Source: an uncultured delta proteobacterium (GTDB lineage Bacteria; Myxococcota; Myxococcia; Myxococcales; Myxococcaceae). Taken from it: 64,000 nt of DNA. The notes below the pieces were generated by a model. That model did not search any database, was not told where the DNA came from, and worked only from the letters and a program-made list of their open reading frames with translations. Shown here piece by piece: positions 34,660 through 43,023 of this stretch; the first letter of the stretch is position 1, and each line of letters opens with the position of its first letter. The stretch covers positions 2,208,001 to 2,272,000 of the forward strand of contig CAWCKH010000004.1 in NCBI GenBank assembly GCA_963796055.1. Direction: 5' to 3'. The translations under genes and the position numbers were made by a program.

Positions 34660-35856
34660 TCAGCCGCCGGTGTCGGGGCCGGTGCTCTGGGCGGTGCTCG
34701 CCGGAGTCGCCCGGGGCCGGGCGATGCTGCGCCGGCGCGAGGAGGGCTTGCTGGCCGGCTCCGGCGGCGGAGGCGGATCGTCGGGCACGTCGGCCTCGGC
34801 GAGCAGCAGCTGCTTCATCCGCTCCAGGCTCGTCCGCGCCCGGTCGACGAACGGCCCCGCGGTGCCGATGCGCTCCGCCGTGGCCACGGTCGTCTCGTAG
34901 ACCCCGATGGCCTTGGTGAGGAGCACCTTGATTCTCCGCCGAAGCTCCTGCCGGTAGAACTCGGCCTCCTCGGCGTTCAGCTCCCGCGGGGTGGGGGAGT
35001 CGATCATCTGGCGGTGGAGGACCTCGTACAGGCTGCCGATCCGCTCGCCGGCGGCCGTGGCCCAGTAGCCGTTTCCGATCTTGATTGCCCGGAGGTAGTG
35101 GCCCTGCGCCGAGAGCAGCAGCTCGGCCTTGTACTCCAGCGTCTTCGACAGCGCGTCCGCCTTCGCGTCCGGATCGAAGGTCACCCCTTCGCAGTGCAGG
35201 CGGTAGATCTCCCCGAGGAAGAACTGGCCCTGGGCGGTGACGTACTCGTCGGCCGGCTCTCCGAGGTCCGCTGCGGCCTTCGCGTTCGCCAGGGCGGAGC
35301 GGAGCGTCTTCTCGCCCTCGTCCAGGTCGCCGGCGTCCACCTGGCAGATGCCCTGCTGGACCTGGGCCTCGATCCGGCGGGCCACCGGGAGGTCGCTCCG
35401 CGCCGCGATGCGGCCGAGCAGGGTGGCGGCCTCGGGGTAGCGATCCAGGTGGTACAGCGCCTCCGCCTGGTGGAACGCGGCGTCGAGCGCGTCGCCGTTT
35501 CCGAGCGGGTCGGCAATCTCCGAGAAGTGCTGGCGGGCCGCGTCCCAGTTCTCCAGACGCTCCCGCGCCAGGCCGGCGTTGAAGCGCGCCCGGGCCCGGT
35601 GCGAGCTCTCCGGGAAGGCGGTCACCAACCGCTCGAAGCATGCCGCCGCCCGCCCCGGGTCGCCCGCGGCGAAGGCGCTCGAGCCCGCGGCGAAGAGCTC
35701 CTCGTCGTTCATCCTCAAGAGCGCCAGGTCGGCCCGGACCTCCTCCGGAGGCATGGCGATGGTCTCGGTCCTGGAGTCCGCCGATCCAGTGGTGGCGCAC
35801 CGGGTGAGGAGCAGCAGCGGCAGCAGGGCGAGGGCCCGGTGGAACGCGGTGCGCAA
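34660..35856 (-). CDS. TPR-repeat lipoprotein
   Basis: Signal ...LLLLTRC followed by multiple TPR helices (ARFNAGLARERLENWDAARQHF). Confidence 0.8.
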   Translation of the reverse strand: MRTAFHRALALLPLLLLTRCATTGSADSRTETIAMPPEEVRADLALLRMNDEELFAAGSSAFAAGDPGRAAACFERLVTAFPESSHRARARFNAGLARERLENWDAARQHFSEIADPLGNGDALDAAFHQAEALYHLDRYPEAATLLGRIAARSDLPVARRIEAQVQQGICQVDAGDLDEGEKTLRSALANAKAAADLGEPADEYVTAQGQFFLGEIYRLHCEGVTFDPDAKADALSKTLEYKAELLLSAQGHYLRAIKIGNGYWATAAGERIGSLYEVLHRQMIDSPTPRELNAEEAEFYRQELRRRIKVLLTKAIGVYETTVATAERIGTAGPFVDRARTSLERMKQLLLAEADVPDDPPPPPEPASKPSSRRRSIARPRATPASTAQSTGPDTGG

Positions 35857-35893
35857 GGGCAGGGCAGGCGGGCGGGGAGTCGACCTGTGGAGC

Positions 35894-37012
35894 CTACAGG
35901 ATCGCAGCCTCGCCCAGCAGGTAGGACCCTGCCCGCCAGAGTGCGCGCAGGTCGTGGATCTCGCTCGAGAAGCGGGGAACGGCGATGAGCGGCACCGGCG
36001 CGGTGCCCTCGCGGAGGAGGCGGATGCTCACCTGGTCTCGCCCGGCCAGCACCCGGGCCTCGCCGAGCGTCCGGACCAGCACGCCGCGCAGCGGGTCGGA
36101 GAGGCCCTCCAGCTCGGCCTCGGCCGAGGCCGGCGGTTCCTCCTGTACCCGGTTCACCACCAGCCCATCCCGCTGCAGTCCGCGGTCTCCCAGCACCGCG
36201 TGGAAGCGCAGCGCCTCCTCACGCCGCTCGGGCGAGGCCCCTGCCACCAGGAGGAAGCCCGTCTCCGGCGACGAGAGCAGCCCCCGCACCGCCCGCGCCC
36301 GCTCACGGAAGCTCTCGTTCATCCCGCTCACCGCGCCCAGAAAGGCCGCGAGCTCCTCCAGCGTGTCGCCCCCGATGATGCGGCCGATGGTCTTCGCCGC
36401 CACCCCACCTCCCCAGAGCGCCAGCCTCAGAGAGATCCGGCTGGCGCGGAGCGCGGGGTCGAGCAGCCACCGCGCCGCCTCGTTGTCCAGGAAGTCGAGG
36501 ATCCGCGACGGGGCGTCCAGAAAGTCCAGCGCGTGGGCGGTGGGTGGGGTGTCGAGGACGATGAGCTCGACTTGCGACCGCTCGCGCAGCTGCCCCAGCC
36601 GCTCCAGCGCGATGTACTCCTGCGAGCCGGCCAGCGCGGTGGAGAGCGTCTGGTAGAACCGGTTCTGGAGGATGCGCTCCCGCTGTGCCGGCGGGGCCTG
36701 CCGCTGGATCAACTCGTCCCAGCTGGCCTTGAGGTCCAGCATCATCGCCTGCAGCGGCGCCCGCAGCGTGATGCCTGCCCCGCGGAGCACCTCGTCGCTG
36801 ACCTCGGTGGGCGTATTCCCCAGCCAGGTCAGACCGAGCGCGTTGGCCAGCCGGCGCGCCGGATCGATGGTGCAGACCAGCGCGCTGCGCCCCAGCGCCG
36901 CTGCCCGCATCGCCACCGCCGCGGCGAGGGTGGTCTTCCCCACGCCCCCGGCGCCCACGCACACCAGCACCCGCCGACGCCGCAGCACCTCCTCGAGCGA
37001 GGGGCCGCTCAC
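35894..37012 (-). CDS. ArsA/Get3-family ATPase (subunit B)
   Basis: VCVGAGGVGKTT, TIDPARRLANALG and VLDTPPTAHALDFLDAP; GTG start overlaps the upstream stop. Confidence 0.9.
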   Translation of the reverse strand: MSGPSLEEVLRRRRVLVCVGAGGVGKTTLAAAVAMRAAALGRSALVCTIDPARRLANALGLTWLGNTPTEVSDEVLRGAGITLRAPLQAMMLDLKASWDELIQRQAPPAQRERILQNRFYQTLSTALAGSQEYIALERLGQLRERSQVELIVLDTPPTAHALDFLDAPSRILDFLDNEAARWLLDPALRASRISLRLALWGGGVAAKTIGRIIGGDTLEELAAFLGAVSGMNESFRERARAVRGLLSSPETGFLLVAGASPERREEALRFHAVLGDRGLQRDGLVVNRVQEEPPASAEAELEGLSDPLRGVLVRTLGEARVLAGRDQVSIRLLREGTAPVPLIAVPRFSSEIHDLRALWRAGSYLLGEAAIL

Positions 37013-37908
37013 CGGAGCCCCTCCGCCAGCATGTCGCCGAGCGACACCAGCTCGCCGCGATCCAGCTGGGGAGTCACCAGACGGGGCAGCTGCACCAGCG
37101 GCGCATCGATGGGGCGCAGCCGCTCGGCGGACTCCTCCGTCCGCTGCGCGTCCTCCTCGTAGGCTTCCACCAGCGCGCTCAGGCCGGGACGTCCGGCGAG
37201 GGCGGACCGGTCCGCCGCGCCGAACCGCGACTGCACCGACTGGTTGAGCACCACTGCCCCCACCCGGATCCTCAGCCGGCCACGGAGCGCCTGGGCGAGC
37301 TCCAGCGTCTCGTTCACCGGCAGCTCCTCCGGAAGGCTCACCAGCACCGCGGAAGTCATCACCGGGTCGGTGATGAGGTCGAGCATCCAGCCGGCCTCGG
37401 TGGACATCGGTCCGGAGGGGAGGGCGGAGGTGAGGCTGTGCGGTACGCCGAGCAGGGTGAGCGCGTGCCCGGTGGCGGGGAGGTCCAGGACGATCCGGTC
37501 GAACCCTCCCGGCGCGTCCGGCCACTGGCGGAGATGCCACATCACCTTCCCCAGCATCACCGTCTCGGCCAGCGCGGGGATGAAGCGCAGGAAATAGCGG
37601 ACCATCCGGTTCTCGAACACCGCCCGGTAGACGCGCTCGAGCCGGATCTTCGACAGGACGTACTCGCGCATCGAGGCGTCGGGCTCGAGGTCCACCATGG
37701 AGAGGTTGGGCTCCACCAGGGTCACGTCCGGGCCCACCTCGGGGTGGCCGAGCATCCGGCCCAGGCGCCGGCCGGCATTCACCTCGCAGAGCAGCGTGCG
37801 CAGGCCGGCCGAGGCCAGGCGCAGCGCGAGCGACGCGGCGACGGTGCTCTTGCCCACGCCTCCCTTCCCGGTCACCAGCAGGAGACGCCTGTCGAGCAGA
37901 CCGGACAT
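37009..37908 (-). CDS. ArsA/Get3-family ATPase (subunit A)
   Basis: VTGKGGVGKST, VLDLPATGH and LPEELPVNETLE. Confidence 0.9.
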   Translation of the reverse strand: MSGLLDRRLLLVTGKGGVGKSTVAASLALRLASAGLRTLLCEVNAGRRLGRMLGHPEVGPDVTLVEPNLSMVDLEPDASMREYVLSKIRLERVYRAVFENRMVRYFLRFIPALAETVMLGKVMWHLRQWPDAPGGFDRIVLDLPATGHALTLLGVPHSLTSALPSGPMSTEAGWMLDLITDPVMTSAVLVSLPEELPVNETLELAQALRGRLRIRVGAVVLNQSVQSRFGAADRSALAGRPGLSALVEAYEEDAQRTEESAERLRPIDAPLVQLPRLVTPQLDRGELVSLGDMLAEGLR

Positions 37909-37952
37909 GGAGGTCAGGAGGGAGCGCCGGACCGTAGGGAGCACCTCCGCGG

Positions 37953-37986
37953 CCTGTCAACGGGATGTGCCAGCGTGCTTGACAGG
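37953..37986. promoter_or_regulatory. Inverted repeat CCTGTCAA-N18-TTGACAGG: back-to-back TTGACA -35 boxes and/or an operator
   Basis: Perfect 8-bp arms in the divergent intergenic gap. On the minus strand TTGACA-N18-TACGGT points to the ArsA genes. Confidence 0.6.
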
Positions 37987-38027
37987 TCCGGGCCCGGCTG
38001 CGAAGTCCGGGGCGGACGGAAGGCGCC

Positions 38028-38324
38028 ATGCTGAAGAACAATCCGGTGGTCAAGAAGCTGGTCGAGACGGGCGAGGAGCGGGTCGGGAAGCTCGCCCAGG
38101 CGCTGCTCTCCAACGAGCGCTTCGTGGTGGCGATCCAGAGCCTGATCCAGCGGACGCTGACCGCCAAGGGCCTGCTCGACAAGAGCCTCCGCTCGGCGCT
38201 GGCGGCGATGAACCTCCCCTCCACCGAGGACGTCGAGTCGCTGCGCCGGAAGATCGCCGACCTCGACGCCACCCTCGGCCGGATCGAGTCCAAGCTGGAG
38301 AAGGTTCCGGAGCAGCCTCGCTGA
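38028..38324 (+). CDS. Small coiled-coil protein, phasin/PhaE-C-terminus-like
   Basis: 98 aa amphipathic protein; MNLPSTEDVESLRRKIADLD motif. Confidence 0.7.
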   Translation: MLKNNPVVKKLVETGEERVGKLAQALLSNERFVVAIQSLIQRTLTAKGLLDKSLRSALAAMNLPSTEDVESLRRKIADLDATLGRIESKLEKVPEQPR

Positions 38325-38337
38325 GCCCCGGCGCGCC

Positions 38338-39108
38338 GTGCGAAGGATCGCCTTCGTCAACGAGAAGGGTGGCACCGGGAAGACCACCCTGGCGGTCCAC
38401 GTCGCCGCGTGGATCGCCCGCTCCCGGAACCTGCGCGTGCTCCTGGTGGACCTGGACACCCAGGGGCACGCCGGGAAGACGCTCGGGCTCGACGTTCGGG
38501 AGATCCAGCCCAACGTCTTTCACTTCCTGACCGACCGCTCCGTCGGGCTGGCCCAGGTGCGCCACGCCACCGAGGTCCCCGGCCTCTCGGTCGTGCCGGC
38601 CTACAAGCAGATGGCCGGCCTGGCCGCGGCGCTCGGCACCTCGACCGATGCGGCGGACCGGCTGCGGGAGCGGCTGGACGAGTTCTCCTCGGAGCAGGAC
38701 GTGGTGGTGCTGGACGGCCCCCCCTCGCTGGGGCTCAGCGTCACGGCGATGCTGCTGGCCGCGACCGAGGTGGTGCTGCCGGTCGCGCTCACCTACCTCG
38801 CGCTCGACGGATGCGCAGAGGTGGCCCGCACGGTGGAGCGGGTCGCGGAGGAGCACCACCGGCCGGGGCTCCGGGTCACCGCGGTGGTGCCGATGATGCA
38901 CCGGCGCACCGCCCTGGCCGAGGCGGTGCGCGAGCGGCTCGAGGCGTACTTCCCGGGACGGGTGACTCCGCCGCTGGGAATCAACGTCGCCATCGACGAG
39001 GCGCAGAGCCACGGGAAGACGGTGTGGGACTACGCGCCCAGGAGCCGCGGGGCGCAGATGATGACCGCGGTCGCCGAGGCGGTGTGGGCTCTCGGCGCCG
39101 GCAGCTAG
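38338..39108 (+). CDS. ParA/Soj-family ATPase
   Basis: NEKGGTGKTT, LVDLDTQGHA, LDGPPSLG and EAQSHGKTV. Confidence 0.93.
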   Translation: MRRIAFVNEKGGTGKTTLAVHVAAWIARSRNLRVLLVDLDTQGHAGKTLGLDVREIQPNVFHFLTDRSVGLAQVRHATEVPGLSVVPAYKQMAGLAAALGTSTDAADRLRERLDEFSSEQDVVVLDGPPSLGLSVTAMLLAATEVVLPVALTYLALDGCAEVARTVERVAEEHHRPGLRVTAVVPMMHRRTALAEAVRERLEAYFPGRVTPPLGINVAIDEAQSHGKTVWDYAPRSRGAQMMTAVAEAVWALGAGS

Positions 39109-39722
39109 GTCCCGTCCTGCGGAGGCGCCGGCTTCTTCTCCAGCCCGTCCAGCCGTCGCTCCAGCTCCTCCAACCGGCGGGAGAGCTGGCCCAGGTCGGA
39201 GCCGAGCGCGGGCAGGTTCCCGGTCACGCTCTCCACCAGCGCCTTCACCCGGTCGTCGGCGCGGCGCTGCCAGTCCTCGATGGTGCGCTGTCCGGCCCGG
39301 AGGAGGTCCTCCTTCAGCTCGCCGGTGCCGCCTTCCTCGCGGCGGAGCAGCCGGTCGAGTCGGGTCTCGGCCTCCTCGCGGATCGAGGCCACCCGCGGGC
39401 TGACCTCCTTCTGGATAAAGCCGGAGAGCGCGTCGCCCGGGCGGCGGATGATCTCCCGCAACACGCTGAGCGGCATCTGGTTCTTCTTCTTCTCCTCCTC
39501 GAAGATGATCTGCGCGAGGGTGACCGAGGTGAGATCGTCCTTGGTGCGGTTGTCGACGATCTTCACCTCCGCGCCCTGCTTGATCATCTCGGCGATCTCG
39601 TCGAGCGTGACGTACCGACTCTCCACGGTGTCGTAGAGCTTCCGGTTCGTGTAGCGCTTGATGACCTTCGGCTCGCGGGGAGCCTCGTCCTGGGGGGGAT
39701 GGAGCTGTTCGGGTTCAGTCAT
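39105..39722 (-). CDS. PhaR-type (PHA synthesis regulator) DNA-binding protein
   Basis: VIKRYTNRKLYDTVESRYVTLDEI...DLTSVTLAQIIFEEE...LREIIR. Confidence 0.9.
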   Translation of the reverse strand: MTEPEQLHPPQDEAPREPKVIKRYTNRKLYDTVESRYVTLDEIAEMIKQGAEVKIVDNRTKDDLTSVTLAQIIFEEEKKKNQMPLSVLREIIRRPGDALSGFIQKEVSPRVASIREEAETRLDRLLRREEGGTGELKEDLLRAGQRTIEDWQRRADDRVKALVESVTGNLPALGSDLGQLSRRLEELERRLDGLEKKPAPPQDGT

Positions 39723-39932
39723 GGATCGTGTGTCGCCGTCGTGAACGGTGGGCCCGCTTCTACCCGGCCATGCCGCGCTGCAGCGCCTCCCTGGAGAGAC
39801 CGCCAGGTTCCGGCTGGATAGCAGCACGGTTTGGCTCGGTGCAACAAGGTGGAGGGGCGGCACCTACACGGGGGGCGGGCGGGCTTCCCCTGGTATTCTC
39901 GCAGGTTCCAGCCCACCTGTGGCTCGACCCCC

Positions 39933-41960
39933 GTGATCATCGCCTGCACGCAGTGTCACACGCGCTTCAAGGTGCCGGACGGCAAGGTCACCGCTCGGGG
40001 GCTGAAGGTCCGCTGCTCGCGCTGCGGGCACACCTTCCGCATCTACCCCGACTCGGCTGTCGAGCACGGGGTCGCGCCCACGCCTGCCGCAGCGCGTCCG
40101 AGCGGGCCGGACCCGTTCCAGGCCTTCGGCCCGGAGGGCACGTCGGACATGGAGAAGACGCCGGCGCGCGGCGCGGCCGTCTCGAAGCTCCTCGCCGGGA
40201 TGGGACCGGTCCGGGAGGCCGAGGACTTCGACGTGGACGTCTCCGGCGTCGAGCCCCCGAGCACCGAGCCGGCCTGGAACTTCCCTCCCGCCCCCTCCCG
40301 TCCGGCGCTCGCGGCCGGAGCGGCGGTCGCGCTCCAGGCCCAGCCTGCCGACCCGCCGCCCGAGCCCGCGGCGTGGGCGCCGCTCCCGGTCCGTCCCCTC
40401 CCCCCGGAGCCCGAGGCGGTCGGCTCGACCCTGGCGGGCCTCTTCGAGGAGCCCGCCCCCAGCAGGGTGTCGGACGCCTCGCTCGGCGACACCTCGTTCG
40501 ACGCATTCGAGATGCCTGACCGGGCGCCGGTCCCCGTGCGTCCTCTCCCCGCAGAGCCAGCGGCGGTCGGCTCGACCCTGGCGCGCCTCTTCGAGGAGCA
40601 GCCCGCGGAAGCGGACGAGCCCGGGGCCGCGCCGGCTCCTCCCGCTTCGCCTCCCGGCGACGGGCCCAAGCTCGCTGCCCTGGCTGGCTTCACCCCGGCC
40701 TGGGGCGTGGCGGCGCCGGTCCGGGCGCTCTCGGTCGAGGGCATCGTCTCCAGCCACGTGCCGAGCCTCGCCCCGGCCGTGGAGCCCGAGTCGCCCCCGC
40801 CGGCGCCCCAGTTCGGCGGCGCCGGGATGGTGCTGGACGACCTACCCTCGCTCGCGCCGCCGAGCCTTCCCGCGCACGGCGAGCTGGAGCTCGACCCGGG
40901 CAACGACAGCCGCGCATGGACGGGTGCCTCGCTCGCCGGACACGGCGGGATGCAGATCGAGCTCGAGCCCGATCTCCCGACGGTCGAGCTCGACCGCCGA
41001 CCGCCTCCGGAGCCCGCTTCATCTGCACCCGTCTGGTCGCCGCCGACCGCCTCGCCTGCCCCGGCGGTGGCGTCGCCCGGCCTCGCCTGGGACGACCCGT
41101 TCGACGCGCCGCCACCGCCGATGCGCCCGGCTCCGTCGCCCGAGCCCGAGCCGGCAGTGCCCACGCCGCGCACGTCTGCTCCCGCCACCTCGGTGGTGCT
41201 GGACGAGGCGCCACCGCCCGACCCGGGCTCGCCCGACCACGGCTTCTTCGAGATGTCTGCCGGGGCTCCGGCTCCAGCCGTCCTTGCGCCCTCCGGCGCC
41301 CTGCTCCCCGACATCCCCGAGGCCGAGGAGCCACCGGTGGCGGCGGCCTCACCCGCGACCTCCGGACCGGTTCCCACCATCTCCAAGCCACCCAGCAGGG
41401 TGCGGCTCGGGCTCCAGGAGCGCGAGCACCCGGGGACGGCGCGGCGGGTGAGCGCGGTCGTCCTCAACGTGGGCCTGGCCGCGCTGCTCGTGCTGGTGGT
41501 GGTGGGCCTGGTCTCGAGCTGGGCCACCGCGGGCCGGTTGGACGGGTCGGCGCTCTCGCCGCGCCGTCTGCTCCAGGCGCTGCGCCCCGGCAGTGGCGTC
41601 ACGCCGGTCGAGGTGACGCCCGGCACCTACGAGACCCGCTCGGGGCGTTCGCTGCTCTACGTGCGCGGGCGAGTCCTCAACCGCGGGGCGCCGTCGGCGC
41701 GGGTCCGGGTCCGGGCCGAGGTCTGGGACGGAGCGCAGGAGGTGAAGACCGGCGAGACGCTGGCCGGAGCCATCGCCACTCCCGAGGAGCTGTGGCGCGC
41801 CGCCACCCAGGCCGACGTCGAGACGCTGCGCGCGCGGCTGCTCGCGGCAGCCACCCCCCTCCCGGACGGGCAAGAGGCGGACTTCCTGGTGCTGCTCGAC
41901 GAGGCTCCGCGGGACCTCTCCGGTCTCCGGCTCAAGGTGACCGCCAGCGTCGAGCGCTGA
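39933..41960 (+). CDS. Zinc-ribbon (MJ0042-like) protein with Pro-rich linker, TM segment and C-terminal extracytoplasmic domain
   Basis: GTG start; CTQCHTRF...KVRCSRCGHTF; TM VVLNVGLAALLVLVVV; LLYVRGRVLNRG. Confidence 0.85.
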   Translation: MIIACTQCHTRFKVPDGKVTARGLKVRCSRCGHTFRIYPDSAVEHGVAPTPAAARPSGPDPFQAFGPEGTSDMEKTPARGAAVSKLLAGMGPVREAEDFDVDVSGVEPPSTEPAWNFPPAPSRPALAAGAAVALQAQPADPPPEPAAWAPLPVRPLPPEPEAVGSTLAGLFEEPAPSRVSDASLGDTSFDAFEMPDRAPVPVRPLPAEPAAVGSTLARLFEEQPAEADEPGAAPAPPASPPGDGPKLAALAGFTPAWGVAAPVRALSVEGIVSSHVPSLAPAVEPESPPPAPQFGGAGMVLDDLPSLAPPSLPAHGELELDPGNDSRAWTGASLAGHGGMQIELEPDLPTVELDRRPPPEPASSAPVWSPPTASPAPAVASPGLAWDDPFDAPPPPMRPAPSPEPEPAVPTPRTSAPATSVVLDEAPPPDPGSPDHGFFEMSAGAPAPAVLAPSGALLPDIPEAEEPPVAAASPATSGPVPTISKPPSRVRLGLQEREHPGTARRVSAVVLNVGLAALLVLVVVGLVSSWATAGRLDGSALSPRRLLQALRPGSGVTPVEVTPGTYETRSGRSLLYVRGRVLNRGAPSARVRVRAEVWDGAQEVKTGETLAGAIATPEELWRAATQADVETLRARLLAAATPLPDGQEADFLVLLDEAPRDLSGLRLKVTASVER

Positions 41961-41989
41961 GAGCGCCAGGCCCCGCTGCGCGGTGCGAG

Positions 41990-42208
41990 TCAGGCCTGCC
42001 CGGAGTCGCCGTCGGTCTTCCGCTCGGGAGAGGACTTCAGGGTCCGCTCCGGCTTGACGTCGATGAAGCCCTGGCCCCGGGACGCCTTCTTGAACGAGTA
42101 GACGAACTTCCCGAGCGCGTTTCCGAGCGATGCCATGCGCGAGGCGGAGAACACCACCAGCAGCACGAAGCAGATGACCAGCAGCTCTCCGAATCCCAGG
42201 TGAGGCAT
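41990..42208 (-). CDS. tatA: Twin-arginine translocase TatA/E-like subunit
   Basis: LGFGELLVICFVLLVVF..SRM..LGNALGK...FKKA. Confidence 0.8.
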   Translation of the reverse strand: MPHLGFGELLVICFVLLVVFSASRMASLGNALGKFVYSFKKASRGQGFIDVKPERTLKSSPERKTDGDSGQA

Positions 42209-42294
42209 GGCGCGGTGCGGAACATCGCCCGCGAGGCCGATGCGTGCAAGCGGCTTGACCTCGCCGGGCCCCGGGTCGGACGCTCGGTGGCGCC

Positions 42295-43023
42295 GTGCGC
42301 ATCCTCGGTCACCGGGGCGCGAGCAGCGACGCGCCGGAGAACACGCTGGTCGCATTCCAGCGCGCGCTCGACCAGGGCGCGGACGGGGTCGAGCTCGACG
42401 CCCGGCTCTGCGGCTCGGGCGAGGTGGTCGTCTTCCACGACCCGCGCCTCGAGCGGCTCACCGGTGCGACCGGACGGGTGGCGGACACGCCCTGGTCCAC
42501 CCTGGCCCGGCTGGAGGTGCGGGCGGGCCCGGCCGGCGCAGGCCCCGGACGCATCCCGCTGCTCTCGGAGGTGCTGGAGGCGCTCCCGCGCACCGCGTTG
42601 GTCAACGTGGAGCTGAAGAGCGAGGACTGGACCGGAACCCGGGTGGCCGAGGCGGCGGGCGCACTGCTCGCGGCGGGGCGGCACGAGGACCACGTCGTCG
42701 TCTCGTCGTTCGACGCCCGCTGCCTGCTGCGGCTGGCGCTCGCCCATCCCCGGCTGAAGCGAGGGCTGCTGCTGGATCCGGAGCGGTCCCAGCGCGTCCA
42801 GCGCCATCTTCTTCTCCCGCTGCTCGGCCGCGATGCCGTGCACCCCGAGGCCGGTCAGGTCACCGAGGCGGACGTGCGCCACTGGCATGCCAGGGGGCGG
42901 GAGGTCGCGGTCTGGACGGTGGACGACCCCGAGGTTGCCCGGAGGCTCCGGGCCTGGGGCGTGGACGCCTGCATCACCAACCGCCCGGGAGCGCTCCGGG
43001 CGGAGCTCGGCCGCTCCAGCTAG
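42295..43023 (+). CDS. Glycerophosphodiester phosphodiesterase
   Basis: GHRGAS..APENT, GVELD, VFHD, VELK, WTVDD and ITNRP. Confidence 0.95.
   Translation: MRILGHRGASSDAPENTLVAFQRALDQGADGVELDARLCGSGEVVVFHDPRLERLTGATGRVADTPWSTLARLEVRAGPAGAGPGRIPLLSEVLEALPRTALVNVELKSEDWTGTRVAEAAGALLAAGRHEDHVVVSSFDARCLLRLALAHPRLKRGLLLDPERSQRVQRHLLLPLLGRDAVHPEAGQVTEADVRHWHARGREVAVWTVDDPEVARRLRAWGVDACITNRPGALRAELGRSS

Noticed and set aside
35894..37908. Arsenic-resistance operon
   Set aside because: No arsB/acr3, arsC, arsD or arsR nearby; the motifs fit a non-arsenic ArsA-like pair.
38338..39108. Plasmid or prophage partition locus
   Set aside because: No parB, rep or phage genes; embedded among core chromosomal genes.
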